From Monocercomonoides exilis PA203 (Eukaryota > Protista > Preaxostyla): DNA of 64,000 nucleotides. The stretch's first letter is position 1; each line of letters begins with the position of its first letter. Shown here piece by piece: positions 1-11,204 of the stretch. The notes below the pieces were generated by a model. The model saw only the letters and a program-made list of their open reading frames with translations, was not told the origin of the DNA and did not search any database. A program made the translations under genes and the position numbers. The DNA lies in contig LSRY02000032.1 in the NCBI GenBank assembly GCA_001643675.2, forward strand, positions 1,054,001 through 1,118,000, read 5' to 3'.

Positions 1-3000
1 CAATTTCCCATTCTCCTTCACACGGAAATACATTCCTCCTCCGTCTCCATCTGCTCTCTTGCAAGAACAAATATTGCAGCTCTCGTTCAGTGTCATTTCA
101 TCCATGCCAGCACCCTTGATCCCACATCCATCTGCAAAGACACAATTCGAGATACTTATTCCTCTCAGCGCAACACATCCCTTTTCTGCTGTTATCAGTC
201 CATATCCACTCAATGAGGTTGAACAGAAGTCGTGAATCCCCACATTATCCATCTCAAGACTGTTTCCTCCAAACATCACAACAACCATTTCTGTTTCTGG
301 AGCTTGTGCATTTCCAAATGCTTCTTCTTCTCCACACTTAAATTCGACAAAGTTCGCAACACACTTTCCAACAGAAACTGTTATAAATGCCTGATGATCG
401 CTTTCGCATGGCAGTGTTACCACCAAGGAGCACATCTCGAGGCTCGTCGATTCGTCTCCTGTTGTCTGTTCCACACACCCACACCTTGTCACAACAACAT
501 TTCCTTTGACTCCGTTATTTCCTGCAATTCTCAACTCTTTCCCGCCTCGATTCACTCTTCCGTCCAGTGGAGCAGTGTCCTTTATGATCAACGCAGTCTG
601 ATCGTCTCTCATCATATCCATTCCAAACTTCACTTCATTGCACGGAACATCAATCCACCCACAACGCTCATATTTTCTTCCCTTTCCATCGACAGACAGC
701 CGTGTCTGTTCGAGCGGAGGCCTGAACACGAAATGAATCAGAGATGTCAACAACTCCATTCCTTCTGTTTTATCCTCCACCAACATTCGATCCTCGCCAA
801 TGTCTCTGAAAACTGTGTCTGTCCATGCTGATGGTTCCAGCATCTTCTCTGGCTCAGCTGTCACGATGTAAATATCCTTTCCGTGTTTCCCTTTATTGCC
901 TGAAAATGTGTTGTTTTTCACTGAATATGATGTGCTTAGGCATGACAACTCCAGAAACATCCCTCCTCCACATCCATTTTGTTCATCCACGCTGCATTCA
1001 CTCACTGTGCACGAGTTTATTTTCAGCACTCCTCCATTCTCGACTTTCACACACAATCCTCCTCCTTTTCCATTCAAGTCATTGCACTTGCATCTCTTGA
1101 TTGTGCTATTGTCGAGCTCAACAGTCTTGGCTTCTGCAACTGAGCAGCTCAAAATGCTTCCACACACATTGCAACGGGTCACATCGCAGAATGTTGAATT
1201 GATGCCTTTGAAGATATCTCCCAGACTCACAAGTGGAACATTGTCCATCATAAATCCAGACACTTCGCAAGTGTGCAATGTGACTGTTCCTTCAGCAGCC
1301 CAGATATTTGGATGCTGAAAGACGATATCTGGCGAGTCTTTGCATCCTGTGAGACAGCATTTGTGGAGCTCAAGTGTGCCTCCGGCATCTGAAATGCAAA
1401 ACAAGCACGACTCCTTCTCGCTGTTGTCTGGCTTTCCATGGGCAAACATCAGATCCGACAAACTCAAAACTCCAGAACTTATCATGAAAAGTCCTTTCTC
1501 TTCTGCTTCCAGCTTTGCAATTATCTCAGATGCCCCGCTTCCCTTTCCCTTCCCTGTGATCTCAAATCCATCAATTTTGATCTGCTTCGAAACAAAAACC
1601 CCTTCATTAATCTCCATCTCAATGTGCTCTTCACTTGCTCTTTCCACTCCTTTTCCAACAGTCAGGCAGTTCAACGAGTCATTCTCACTTCTTCCACATC
1701 CGCTCCAATCAATGCCATTCGGAGTCACAACAATCACATCCAACACTCCAACAGGATCTGGGAGCAAATGGGATATGTTTTCTGAAATATCCCATTCATA
1801 CACAATTCGTTTTTGGTTGCTGATGGAATATGAATTGACAATAACAAGTTTCAATTTATCCCTCTGAGCATTGCTAACAAAAATGTCATTTCCATGTTGA
1901 ACTGCTGAATTGTAATAAAAAAAGCAACTGATTATTGTTGTTGTATATTTTACAGTTTGAGTGTGATCAAAAAGGACTGCTCCTGCGTTTGTCAAAGCTT
2001 TGTTCGATGAAAACAAATTGTTTGTTAGTTCAATGTCTATTGTGGAATTGTATAAATTAACTCCTCCGCAATAGAAATCAGTAGCAAGATTATTTATCAA
2101 TTCGTTTTCGCAAAAGAGCAATGTTTTCACATTCCTGATTTCACCCACACCAAGATACTTCGATTTGCATTCTGTGAAGTTGCATTTGTTTATCTCCAAG
2201 TGTAAGGAGAAATGATCAAAGGCACCTGATGCTTTAGCGGCTGAGCAATTCTTGATTGAGCTATTTTCCATTTTCCATATTCCTGTCCCTTCAATCCTAA
2301 CTGCACCGGCTCGAGAATCAGCACAGCTCAAAATGCATTTGTCAAACACGCATCGCTTCATGAGCAATGATGCATTTCCTGAAGCAAATATTGCACCTCC
2401 TTCCATCACAGTGCTGCTGGACACTGTGAATGTTGTGTCATTGAACTCTTTTGCTTCATTTTCAAATGTCTGCCTGTGTGTTTCTGTTGCAGTGCACTTC
2501 ATGAATGTTGAGTTTGAACATTTCAGAGGGCACGTCGCACAGTTTGCAATGCACCCCATATATGGATCCTCTGAACCATAGCAATATACAGACTCAAGTT
2601 CACATTTTCCACTCAACAATTGTGGAACTGCTGAAGGTACGAAATGCTGTTGTTTTGATGAATGGGAGATGTTGCTGAAAAACGTGTTTCTTATTGAGAG
2701 CGCAGCTGAAGGGTGGGAAATAACAGTAGAACCGCAATTAACGCTGACTGAGAATATCGAAGAGTGACAAAGCAACACGGAGCCAGCACAAATACTCCCA
2801 AAACAACGTTCTGAAACATGCACCAAGCTCGATTTCAGAGAGCAGGCCATTCCTGTGAGCATCGTCATGTTGCACAAACACAGAACGCTATCTCCGATCT
2901 CAAATGGAGGTGTTGTGCCCTGTTCATCTGTACAAACAACGCATGATAATGCATGCATTTCTGAACGATTCCACATTTCAAACATGCATCTTTTATCTTT

Positions 3001-3270
3001 CTGCTTGAGTATCATGTTTCCAACTTCAATCGTTGAGTTCAGTAGTCTTGTCTTTGAGCACACAACACCGTGTCCTCGATACAATAAAGAATTCACTATG
3101 CAAAATCCAACACCACGAGCACATTCATTTTGCAAGCATTTGAGATTTATTTCTTTTGTTGAAGTCGTCAGTTGAGTGTTGCAACTCTGATCGCGTTGAT
3201 TGAAGCAACCATCTTGCAGACTAATGAGGATAAAAGTGGTCAAACAACACACAATTAAGTTGCATATCAT
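1..3270 (-). CDS. Large Cys-rich, pectin-lyase/Pmp-like beta-helix surface protein, 3'-partial (runs off the window)
   Basis: ATG at 3270-3268 gives MICNLIVCCLTTFILISLQDGCF (signal-peptide-like). Hand translation is open over the first ~550 codons and is in the same frame at the window edge (..CNICSCKRADGDGGGMYFRVKENGKL). Repeated GGAIF/AGAVR/CGGVNL/GGGMY and FxxC/FxxN motifs. Absent from the ORF track, consistent with no stop before the edge. Confidence 0.85.
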   Translation of the reverse strand, partial: MICNLIVCCLTTFILISLQDGCFNQRDQSCNTQLTTSTKEINLKCLQNECARGVGFCIVNSLLYRGHGVVCSKTRLLNSTIEVGNMILKQKDKRCMFEMWNRSEMHALSCVVCTDEQGTTPPFEIGDSVLCLCNMTMLTGMACSLKSSLVHVSERCFGSICAGSVLLCHSSIFSVSVNCGSTVISHPSAALSIRNTFFSNISHSSKQQHFVPSAVPQLLSGKCELESVYCYGSEDPYMGCIANCATCPLKCSNSTFMKCTATETHRQTFENEAKEFNDTTFTVSSSTVMEGGAIFASGNASLLMKRCVFDKCILSCADSRAGAVRIEGTGIWKMENSSIKNCSAAKASGAFDHFSLHLEINKCNFTECKSKYLGVGEIRNVKTLLFCENELINNLATDFYCGGVNLYNSTIDIELTNNLFSSNKALTNAGAVLFDHTQTVKYTTTIISCFFYYNSAVQHGNDIFVSNAQRDKLKLVIVNSYSISNQKRIVYEWDISENISHLLPDPVGVLDVIVVTPNGIDWSGCGRSENDSLNCLTVGKGVERASEEHIEMEINEGVFVSKQIKIDGFEITGKGKGSGASEIIAKLEAEEKGLFMISSGVLSLSDLMFAHGKPDNSEKESCLFCISDAGGTLELHKCCLTGCKDSPDIVFQHPNIWAAEGTVTLHTCEVSGFMMDNVPLVSLGDIFKGINSTFCDVTRCNVCGSILSCSVAEAKTVELDNSTIKRCKCNDLNGKGGGLCVKVENGGVLKINSCTVSECSVDEQNGCGGGMFLELSCLSTSYSVKNNTFSGNKGKHGKDIYIVTAEPEKMLEPSAWTDTVFRDIGEDRMLVEDKTEGMELLTSLIHFVFRPPLEQTRLSVDGKGRKYERCGWIDVPCNEVKFGMDMMRDDQTALIIKDTAPLDGRVNRGGKELRIAGNNGVKGNVVVTRCGCVEQTTGDESTSLEMCSLVVTLPCESDHQAFITVSVGKCVANFVEFKCGEEEAFGNAQAPETEMVVVMFGGNSLEMDNVGIHDFCSTSLSGYGLITAEKGCVALRGISISNCVFADGCGIKGAGMDEMTLNESCNICSCKRADGDGGGMYFRVKENGKL

Positions 3271-3310
3271 GTGAATTTTTGATCTAATTTTATATTATGC
3301 GATCACACAA

Positions 3311-3343
3311 TTGATCCTTTTTGAAATTAATCTTTCGTTCGAG
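3311..3343. repeat. Relic of the TIR of the MITE at 29620-29825
   Basis: TGATCCTTTTTGAAATTAATCTTTCGTTCGAG versus TGATCCTTTTTGAAATCATCCTTTCGTTCGAG at 29623-29654; no partner arm seen. Confidence 0.7.
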
Positions 3344-3775
3344 ATCGAACAAAATGTTTTTCTCAATCGGAATTGGAAATAAAAGTATTTCCTTTTAAAC
3401 AACATCAAAAACAATTTTATAAACAGTTTCAGCTCATTTTCCTGAATGCAAATAAAAAAAAAAATCAAAGAAACTGTTTCAACTCTCAAAATTGTCCCTT
3501 ATTCTTATTTCAATAAAAAAGGTTTATATTTAAAATAAAAAAAGAAAAGAAAATATGAAAAAAAAATTCAAAAAGCATGTTGCTTTTGCCAAGGTTATTT
3601 GTTAAATACGAAACAAATTAACAATGTTCGAAAATTTCCAATCGGTGGATAACTCTGAATTGTTAAGAAAATATAAAGATTTTTTTGTTAAAAAAAAAAA
3701 ATTGGATAATTACAAAAATTATTTATGGTAGTTCAATTTATTAAAAGCAATTGCTTTCACAATTTTTATAATTAT

Positions 3776-6081
3776 TTAATGGTGATAAAGCCAAGGTAAC
3801 ATCTTTGCACCAGGAATTTTTTTTGCTTTTGATTTACTCACCTTAGCTATTCTTCTAATGCATGCCACAGTCGGATTAAAGGAATATACAGCAAATCTGA
3901 CTTTTGCAGGAAGATTTGTAAAATACGCAGGGATCTGCGTTTCGCCACAAAAGAAATGTAGTTCACGCCTTCCTTCAGTGAAATCAACCTCACATAGAAG
4001 AAATTGCCCCGAGTAAAAGTGTTGCTCCTCTCGACGCAATCCCATATTTGATACGCATCCACTGATAAGATAAAAAACAAAAAAGAATAAAAAAATGTTT
4101 TGATAACATAAAAAAACAATGTAAAAAAGGGATAAAAATGCTTTCCAGTAAATAAACAGACTTGGACTGCCACGCTGCTGAATCTGAACAAACATTTGTT
4201 ATTTTTATTTCTAATGAATAAGTGTTAAAAGCAAACCTTCGTTATGGCCTAAAAAGCTTCCTCCTTCGATGCTAATCTCGGCATCGCTGTTTATTACTCC
4301 GATTTCTGTCAAAATCCAAATCCATTTGGGTAAAACCAGGAAATGGGTAAAGCAAATGCAATAATAAATATTATAAAAAAGAAAAGATAAAGGATATAAT
4401 TATTCCAAAGCAGCAAATGTGTTTTTAATGAATACGTAACATTCAGATTATCAAAGCAAACGTTGAAATTCATCGACGTTCGTAAAGAACAGCTCCATTT
4501 GCCATATTCCTCTGTCAATCACTTGGTTAAATGCGCACGTTGTCCATCTTTTATCGTAAAAGCAAATGACATTGTCCAAAGCAAGCACATTTGCACCTTC
4601 TCCAACAATCCAAGTGTATTTTTCAAGTATCCCTTCTTTTTCATTCAGTTCGCTTTCTTTGCTCTCGTCCTCTTTTAATTCTTTTTGCTCCCCGCTTCTC
4701 TTTGTTCCCTTCAGAATATTCTTTGTCTCAATTAATGTTATAAGATTAAAAAGCGATGATTTGGCTGAAGCAAAGCTTAATGCTATCTTCTCCTTTGCAG
4801 CTTCCATCAACTGAATATCTTCTTTCTCGCTCTTCTTTTGGTCTGTTTGATTTCTGCTTTCATCTTCTCCAACGTATATCATTGTCTGGCTATCTTTTTC
4901 GTTTTCTTCTTCTTCCTCTTCTGCCAAATAGTTCAATGTTAAGCTCATAAATTCAGTTGCAGCCAAGCGGAGTTCCTTCTCCGTCGCTATGTTTCCTCCG
5001 TTTTGTATAACTTCCAAGATAATTTTGCTTGCCAAGCAAATGTTTTTATTTAAAGAAAGATACGCTTCTAATGTAGTTGCCTTTGGGAGTAAAAATTCAG
5101 AGGAAAACAAATGTAAAACGCGAGAAGAAGAAATATATTTCTTGTCTTCGGTTGTTGATGGAAATACACTTAAAGAAGAAGAAGAAGATGATGATGATGA
5201 TGATGGAGTAGATGAAGACGAAGGAGAAGAAGAAGAAGAAGAGAAAGAAGAAGAAGACTGCAAAAATGATGAAAGCGAAATCGAAGATAGTGCATTTCCA
5301 ATCGAACGAGACCAAATAACCCCACAATGGATGAGAGCAGGTAAATCAAATGCTAAAATACTTCTTCCCATTGTCTCCTTCATGCATTCATCGGACTTCA
5401 TAATCTCACAAAGCAGTTTCATTCCACTTTCTTGCATATTTTCGTCATTTGACTTTTGTGTTTGTTTAAGTTCATTGAAATATATGAATCAAATAAAATA
5501 TGAATTTTTGAGGAATAATCAATAAATATCGTGAAACCATTGCCATAGAAAGAACTTGATCCAATAGCAACTTTGAATTTTCAATACTTTGGTGTTTTGA
5601 TTTCTCATTTGCTGCAAAAATGGAGAGGGTGGAAATCATAACAGAGCAAAGTGCCTCCAATTTTCAAAATTTAAAAGGTTTTTGAATTTGTGAAATCAAG
5701 AATTAATAATAAAAACCTTAACTTCAGACACTTCAGTTTCCTTTCCAACCTTGTAAACAGTCTCCAACATTCCTTTTTCACAGTAAATTCTTCGATTCTC
5801 TGGATCTTCAAAATTTAAATTTTTCAAACAATAACCAATATTTTCACTTCATAATCAATGGCATGGCATTAAAAATAATTTTATCCACGTACATAACAAA
5901 ATGTCATGCAACAACTCAAGAAGAATAGCATGTTTACGTTCAGATTTTTGAACTAATTCCGTCTTTCTGTGCTCAATTTCTCCAATCTTTTGTCATATAA
6001 AAAGAAACATATATATTTATTCTTCGACTTTAACAGAGGTTAATTTGTTAGACATACAGAAAATCCTGCTCCAAATCCCAT
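3776..6081 (-). CDS. Multi-exon protein with helical N-terminal region, poly-Ser tract and C-terminal SPRY/B30.2-like domain
   Basis: Spliced GT-AG exons join ORFs 5472-5660, 4451-5437 and 3776-4195: ..TCAFNQVIDRGIWQMELFF..QIGVINSD..SAAWQSNGCV..FYSGQFLLCEVDFTEGRRELHFFCGETQIPAYFTNLPAKVRF. Start (MGFGAGFS, 6081) is uncertain. Confidence 0.65.
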
Positions 6082-6363
6082 TTGAAATATGATGAAGGTT
6101 ATGATCCATTATCTCTTGATTTTGTAAACTTTGACTCAAAAAAAGAGAGAACACAATTTTATAGAACAAGACAAATTAAATAAAAAATAAATGATTAGAG
6201 GAAAAAAAAAATAATAATTCAAAACAGACTCTCATGAAACAGATTAATGCATTAAATAATCCATCTTCTAGAAATAATGATTGCCTTTAAAGATAAAACA
6301 ATTCAAACATTTCGCAAAAAAATGTTTTTGCACAATAAGCATAGTCCGTTTTGTCAATTAGAA

Positions 6364-6408
<45 letters not shown>

Positions 6409-6677
6409 CATTTCCTATCTAGCGTTGCTTGTCAATGTTCGTGGATTTCTCTTTTCATACCTATTTATTCCTACAGAACAGTTGAAATTTCCATTTTTTT
6501 TTTTGAAATGCAGTTAAAACACTTAAATTCTTTGCAAAAACAAAAAGAAAAGGCATTTTCTAACATCAAGAAAGATAAAACAGCAAAATGAACGGCGCTT
6601 TGTGGAGTCAATGCAAATCTATTCCACAAATTGATCCTCAAAACTTTTTTGTGAATATTTGTAAATTCAAATAAAGC

Positions 6678-7102
6678 TCACATCTCTGGAAACTCTTGAA
6701 ATGAATATTCCGGATTACCTCTCCATATTTGATATGTAATCCATACATAGTAAGAACCAGGTATGAAGCAAATGCTCCCTAAAATTACAAGAGGAAGTCC
6801 TGAAAAATTGAAAAATCTATTAACCGCTTTGAATAGATAACAAATCAACCTCGGTCACTTTCATCAATTTTTAAAACATTTGTGACAATTAGTATACCGA
6901 ATGTGAGCATGATGGTTCCAATAACAAACAAAAATACAGCAAGCAAAATTCCTTTCCATGGAACCTTCTGAGTTTTATCCCAAGCATACTTTGTGTTTTC
7001 ATCATCATCATAATTCTCAGACGATAGCAAAGGACGAAGGTCTTCTTCGTTTTCACTTTTGTAGATTTGAGAATTTTTGGATCTATTTCTTATTGATTCC
7101 AT
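6678..7102 (-). CDS. TMEM230: TMEM230/TMEM134-family membrane protein, 2 exons
   Basis: MESIRN..KVPWKGILLAVFLFVIGTIMLTFG..DRG|LPLVILGSICFIPGSYYVWITYQIWRGNPEYSFQEFPEM*; 50-nt GT-AG intron 6800-6849; family motifs PWK..FL..G and FIPGxY..GYSF..P. Confidence 0.88.
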
Positions 7103-7290
7103 ATGTTTTATAAAGGGTAAAAAAAGAATAAAACATTGTTCAATTTTCAACGTGAATTTATTTTTATTTATTTTTTTTGGTTGATAAATGAAATGGATGA
7201 CAGACATTCGAAATATTGATTTATGGGTATATTCAAATTTTAAATTATTGATTGAAGTTGTCTTCAAAGATAGCCAAAATCAATTGCATT

Positions 7291-9598
7291 ATGAACAGCT
7301 CAGTAAGTGAGAACTCCCCGTTTTCATCTCCTTTTTCTTCTCATTCACCTGTCAAACGTCCGGCTCCAATTGAATTACCCAGACAACAATCAAGATTGTA
7401 TGCTTCAAGCACAAGTGAGTCTCGCGATGAACTAGATCCAAATCCTTCTCCTGAATCACCTTCTATTGAACTTACGAAAACAATGCCCGTTCCTAAGCGA
7501 TACATAAGATTTTCCACAAAGCAAACTTTAACACCACAAAAATTAGAGAGAAAGCCGCAACATAAATCTCAAAAGGAATTGAAACTTCCAAGAGTTGCAC
7601 TGCTAGGACAGCAAATGGCTCGTCAAAAAGCCTCATTAACACCAACAACACCAACAACACCAACGACTCCTCGTTCACAGAGACTAGATACATCTGGAAG
7701 CATTACTCCAACCTCAATGACGACTCCAAGGACTCCACACTGGCGCGCACCGTTTTTGTCTACCACAGCTACAGGAAGATTGCCAGACAAAACTCCATTA
7801 CCGCTTCAGCCAGTTTATCCTCAAAGTACTCCAGCAACACCTCGCACTCCAACTACTCCCACAACTCCAGGGGCAGAACAAACCCATTTTCAACCAGTAA
7901 CACCTCCAGGAAGATTGACGCCTAGACGTTCGTTTGAGAAAAAAGATGATTTAACAATTAATTCAATGAAAAAAAAGAAACAAGTTCAAAGGCCTTCTGC
8001 TGCATTTGCTCTTCCTGTGCAAATTAAACACCCTTTTCAAAAGAGCGAAAGAGAAGCACATTCAAATTCTGGCAATCAAATCACTTCAGCCAAATTGTCG
8101 AGGACCATTGGGGCTTCAACAAAAAGTAAGATATCAAACAACTCATTGAATTCAACAACAAAAACCCCCATTCCATCTACAAAACTTACAAGATTTCAGG
8201 ATGTCAAGCGTTCATCTACTGCAATATCATCTCCTCTTAACTCGCAGCTGACACATCCTCATGTTCGTATTGATACTACTCCCACACCTCATCCGATGAG
8301 GCAGTTTGCAAAGTTGACACAAATAGTTTCTGAACAAATCGAAAGCAATATGGTGAACGAACCAAATCCACTAACTCCAAATGAAGAGCCTGTTTCGTCA
8401 GAAAAATCGTCTCCAGAAAGATCGTCTCCAAAAAAATCGTCTCCAAAAAAAGAGCATTGCAGCGTGCCGCTGGAAGAAGTGCTGGCCTCTCCAATGATGG
8501 TTAAGTCAATCGAAGCACTTATGTCTCCTCAAAAAATTAGCCAATCACCACAAAGTGAAGTGTCACAGAAAATTGCCTCGCCACTACAGTCTCCACAACA
8601 ACGATCATCACCAAAGCAGAAAGCAAGTCAGAATTCAGCACACAACTCTCCGATTCAGGGAATTTTGTCATCATCTTCTTCATTGTCTGATGAATTGCAA
8701 GCCATTACAACAGAAGACAATTACACTCAATTTTATGGTTCACCAAAAACAAATATGTCAATTCTTCAACAACACGTTTCACCTCTTCGCTCCTCACCTA
8801 CTCATTCAGCAAATGGAATCGATCAAGACGAAGTTATTCAACAAAGAGTGAGCCCTGCCAGAAAAGAAAAATCTCCTCAAAACTCGATTCGCAGTCAAAG
8901 AATAACATCGCCGTTAGCATCTGCCCCCTCTTCCGCAAACCATTCTCCGTTGCAACACTTGTCGCCAAAAGAGGAAATTGACATTGCAACTCGAATGGCA
9001 GAGTTGGAAATTTTGAGGGAATCTCAGCTCTTAACTTTAGAAACAGTCAGAAAACAGCACGATGCTGAACTGGCTCCGATTTCTTCGCGTGTGGCAGCTC
9101 TCCGCACTGCAATTGCCGCTCAGACAGCTGAAAATGATTGGCTCAGAAAAGAGACGATCAAAACACGAGCATCAACAGAAGAGCAAATTGAAGAAATTAT
9201 GAAAGGCAGCGAACTTGTTACTGAAGAGCTGAGGATGCGTGGTGAGTATTTGACGCGCCGGATTGCAGAGCTTGAGATATCAACTCGCGAAGAGAAGGAA
9301 AATCTTGAAAGAAATCTTTTCACATCAATTTGTATTTTGTACAAATTGGAGTTTGCACTCAAAGGTTTGTTATAATAATCATACATATATTTTGACATAT
9401 TATTTAACTTTAATTAATTTCATCGTTATGTGTTAATTTTCGATTTCAGGTAAAGAAGAAAACATCGATTCAGCGTGGCTGTACAAACGATATGGGCATC
9501 TTCCTCCATCAGAATGGGGAGATCTTATTTATAATGCATATCAACAGGGCAGGAAAGCAATGTATTGGGAAGAGCTTGAACAATTTGAAACCGAGTGA
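7291..9598 (+). CDS. Ser/Thr-Pro-rich disordered protein with C-terminal coiled coil and small terminal domain, 2 exons
   Basis: First ATG of the long ORF at 7291; intron 9365-9449 (GTTTGT..TTTCAG); exon 2 reads GKEENIDSAWLYKRYGHLPPSEWGDLIYNAY..ETE* ending TGA 9596-9598. Confidence 0.75.
8401..8445 (+). repeat. 3 x 15-bp coding tandem repeat (EKSSP ERSSP KKSSP)
   Basis: gaaaaatcgtctcca gaaagatcgtctcca aaaaaatcgtctcca. Confidence 0.85.
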
Positions 9599-10368
9599 AT
9601 GTGACGGAGGGAGGATTTATTTTTTACACTTTTTTAACATCTTAGCTTTTGGTTTTTATATTTTTATAAAGTAGAAATATACATTTTGAATGTTATTCTC
9701 TTCTATTCTTTTTATTCTTATAAAATTGTGATTGTTTTTGAGCACTTCAATATTTTCCCACTGTTTAAAGTATTTTTTAAACAAAAACGTTTATTGTAAA
9801 ATTATATTTAAACTTTTTTTAAAGAATCGTTCTTTAAGTGTAAAAAGTTCTATAAGATGCGATAAATTCATCGAAACATAAAGTAACTCTCAATGAATAT
9901 GAAAACGAATACGTTTGTAAGTTGATCACATTGAACAAAATTACAGTGAATTCAACAAAGACCTTTTGAAATATTATAACTCAGACATAAGATCACAACA
10001 GACTTGTTTCTTGAAGAGTAGAAGCAGAATTAACATTAGATAACAGGAGAAAGAACAAAACTGAATTTTTGATAAACAAAAGCTTGACGAAAATTATTAG
10101 AATAAACATGAACTACACAATAAAACAGTTTTATTATAAAAAATCCTCACAAATGATTTTTTTTCCAATTGAAATCAGGTGTAAGAAAATATATAATTGA
10201 TAATTTTTAAATTAAACAGAAAAATAACTATAATTTCAATGGATATAAATATAGCATATAAACATTAAATAACCTCAATGTCATACAAAAAATTATTTTT
10301 ATTTAAAAGCTCTACAATGCCATTCAAATTTCCTTCATCTTTTAAATTGAAAGAATGCAATTATTTTA

Positions 10369-11028
10369 CTATTCCTTTTCATTAGATTCAACAGCATTAG
10401 TATATGATTTCAGCTTTCTTTCTTCTTGTAATGCTGTTTCCTTTTCATGTTGATTGAAATTAATTTTCAATTATTAAACATAAAATTAAAAAGGAACAAT
10501 TAATTTTTTAATAATTTTCAGAAAAAATACCTCCAATTTTGCGTTCTTTTTCCGACATGCTTCTAATTCTTTTGTTTTCAAATTGATTATATCCATTTCA
10601 TTTTTAATTTGACTTATTATTGCTTCTTGACTTTCAGAAATTTGAGCAATGGATCGAAAAAGTTTTTCATGCTCTTCTTTTTGTGATTTGAGTCGTCTTT
10701 CTCTAAAAAGGAAAAAACAATTTTTAAAAGTCAAATTCCTGCAATTTCAATGAACATACAATGACAATACATCAACACGAATATCAGAAAGTTGCTTTTC
10801 AAGCACGTTTCGTTGACTAATAGAAGATTCATATTGCTCACTTTTATTTTGAAGCAGTGCATGCATTTGCTTGATTTGTTCTTGAAGGTTGGCCTTTTGT
10901 AATTCAAGTTGTTGGCAAGCTGTATCCTGTTGTTTTAATTCTTTCTTCATTTGCTGAGCTTTTTTGGTTTTCGTTTCTAAAGTCGTTTGTAATGCAATGA
11001 TTTTACTATCAATATCTGAATTTGACAT
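10369..11028 (-). CDS. Small coiled-coil protein, about 3 exons
   Basis: ORFs 10747-11028 and 10486-10734 are heptad-rich; last exon ETALQEERKLKSYTNAVESNEKE* ends at TAG 10371-10369. Confidence 0.65.
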
Positions 11029-11204
11029 TATCGACTTTTAACAACTTTTATTTGATGTTAAAAAGCTTGTTGTATTTTGATCTTCAAATATACTTCTTTT
11101 TCAATTGAAATGAATAAGAATTTTTAATTTTTTGAAGTGAAAAATTCTTTATAAATATAAAAAGCAATGAGGTGATAATTTTTGAGGGGAGAAATGTTTC
11201 TTTA

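Noticed and set aside
6367-6403. 37-nt poly-T as the tail of a retroposed element
   Set aside because: No target-site duplication or recognisable SINE or retrogene body next to it; treated as a simple homopolymer.
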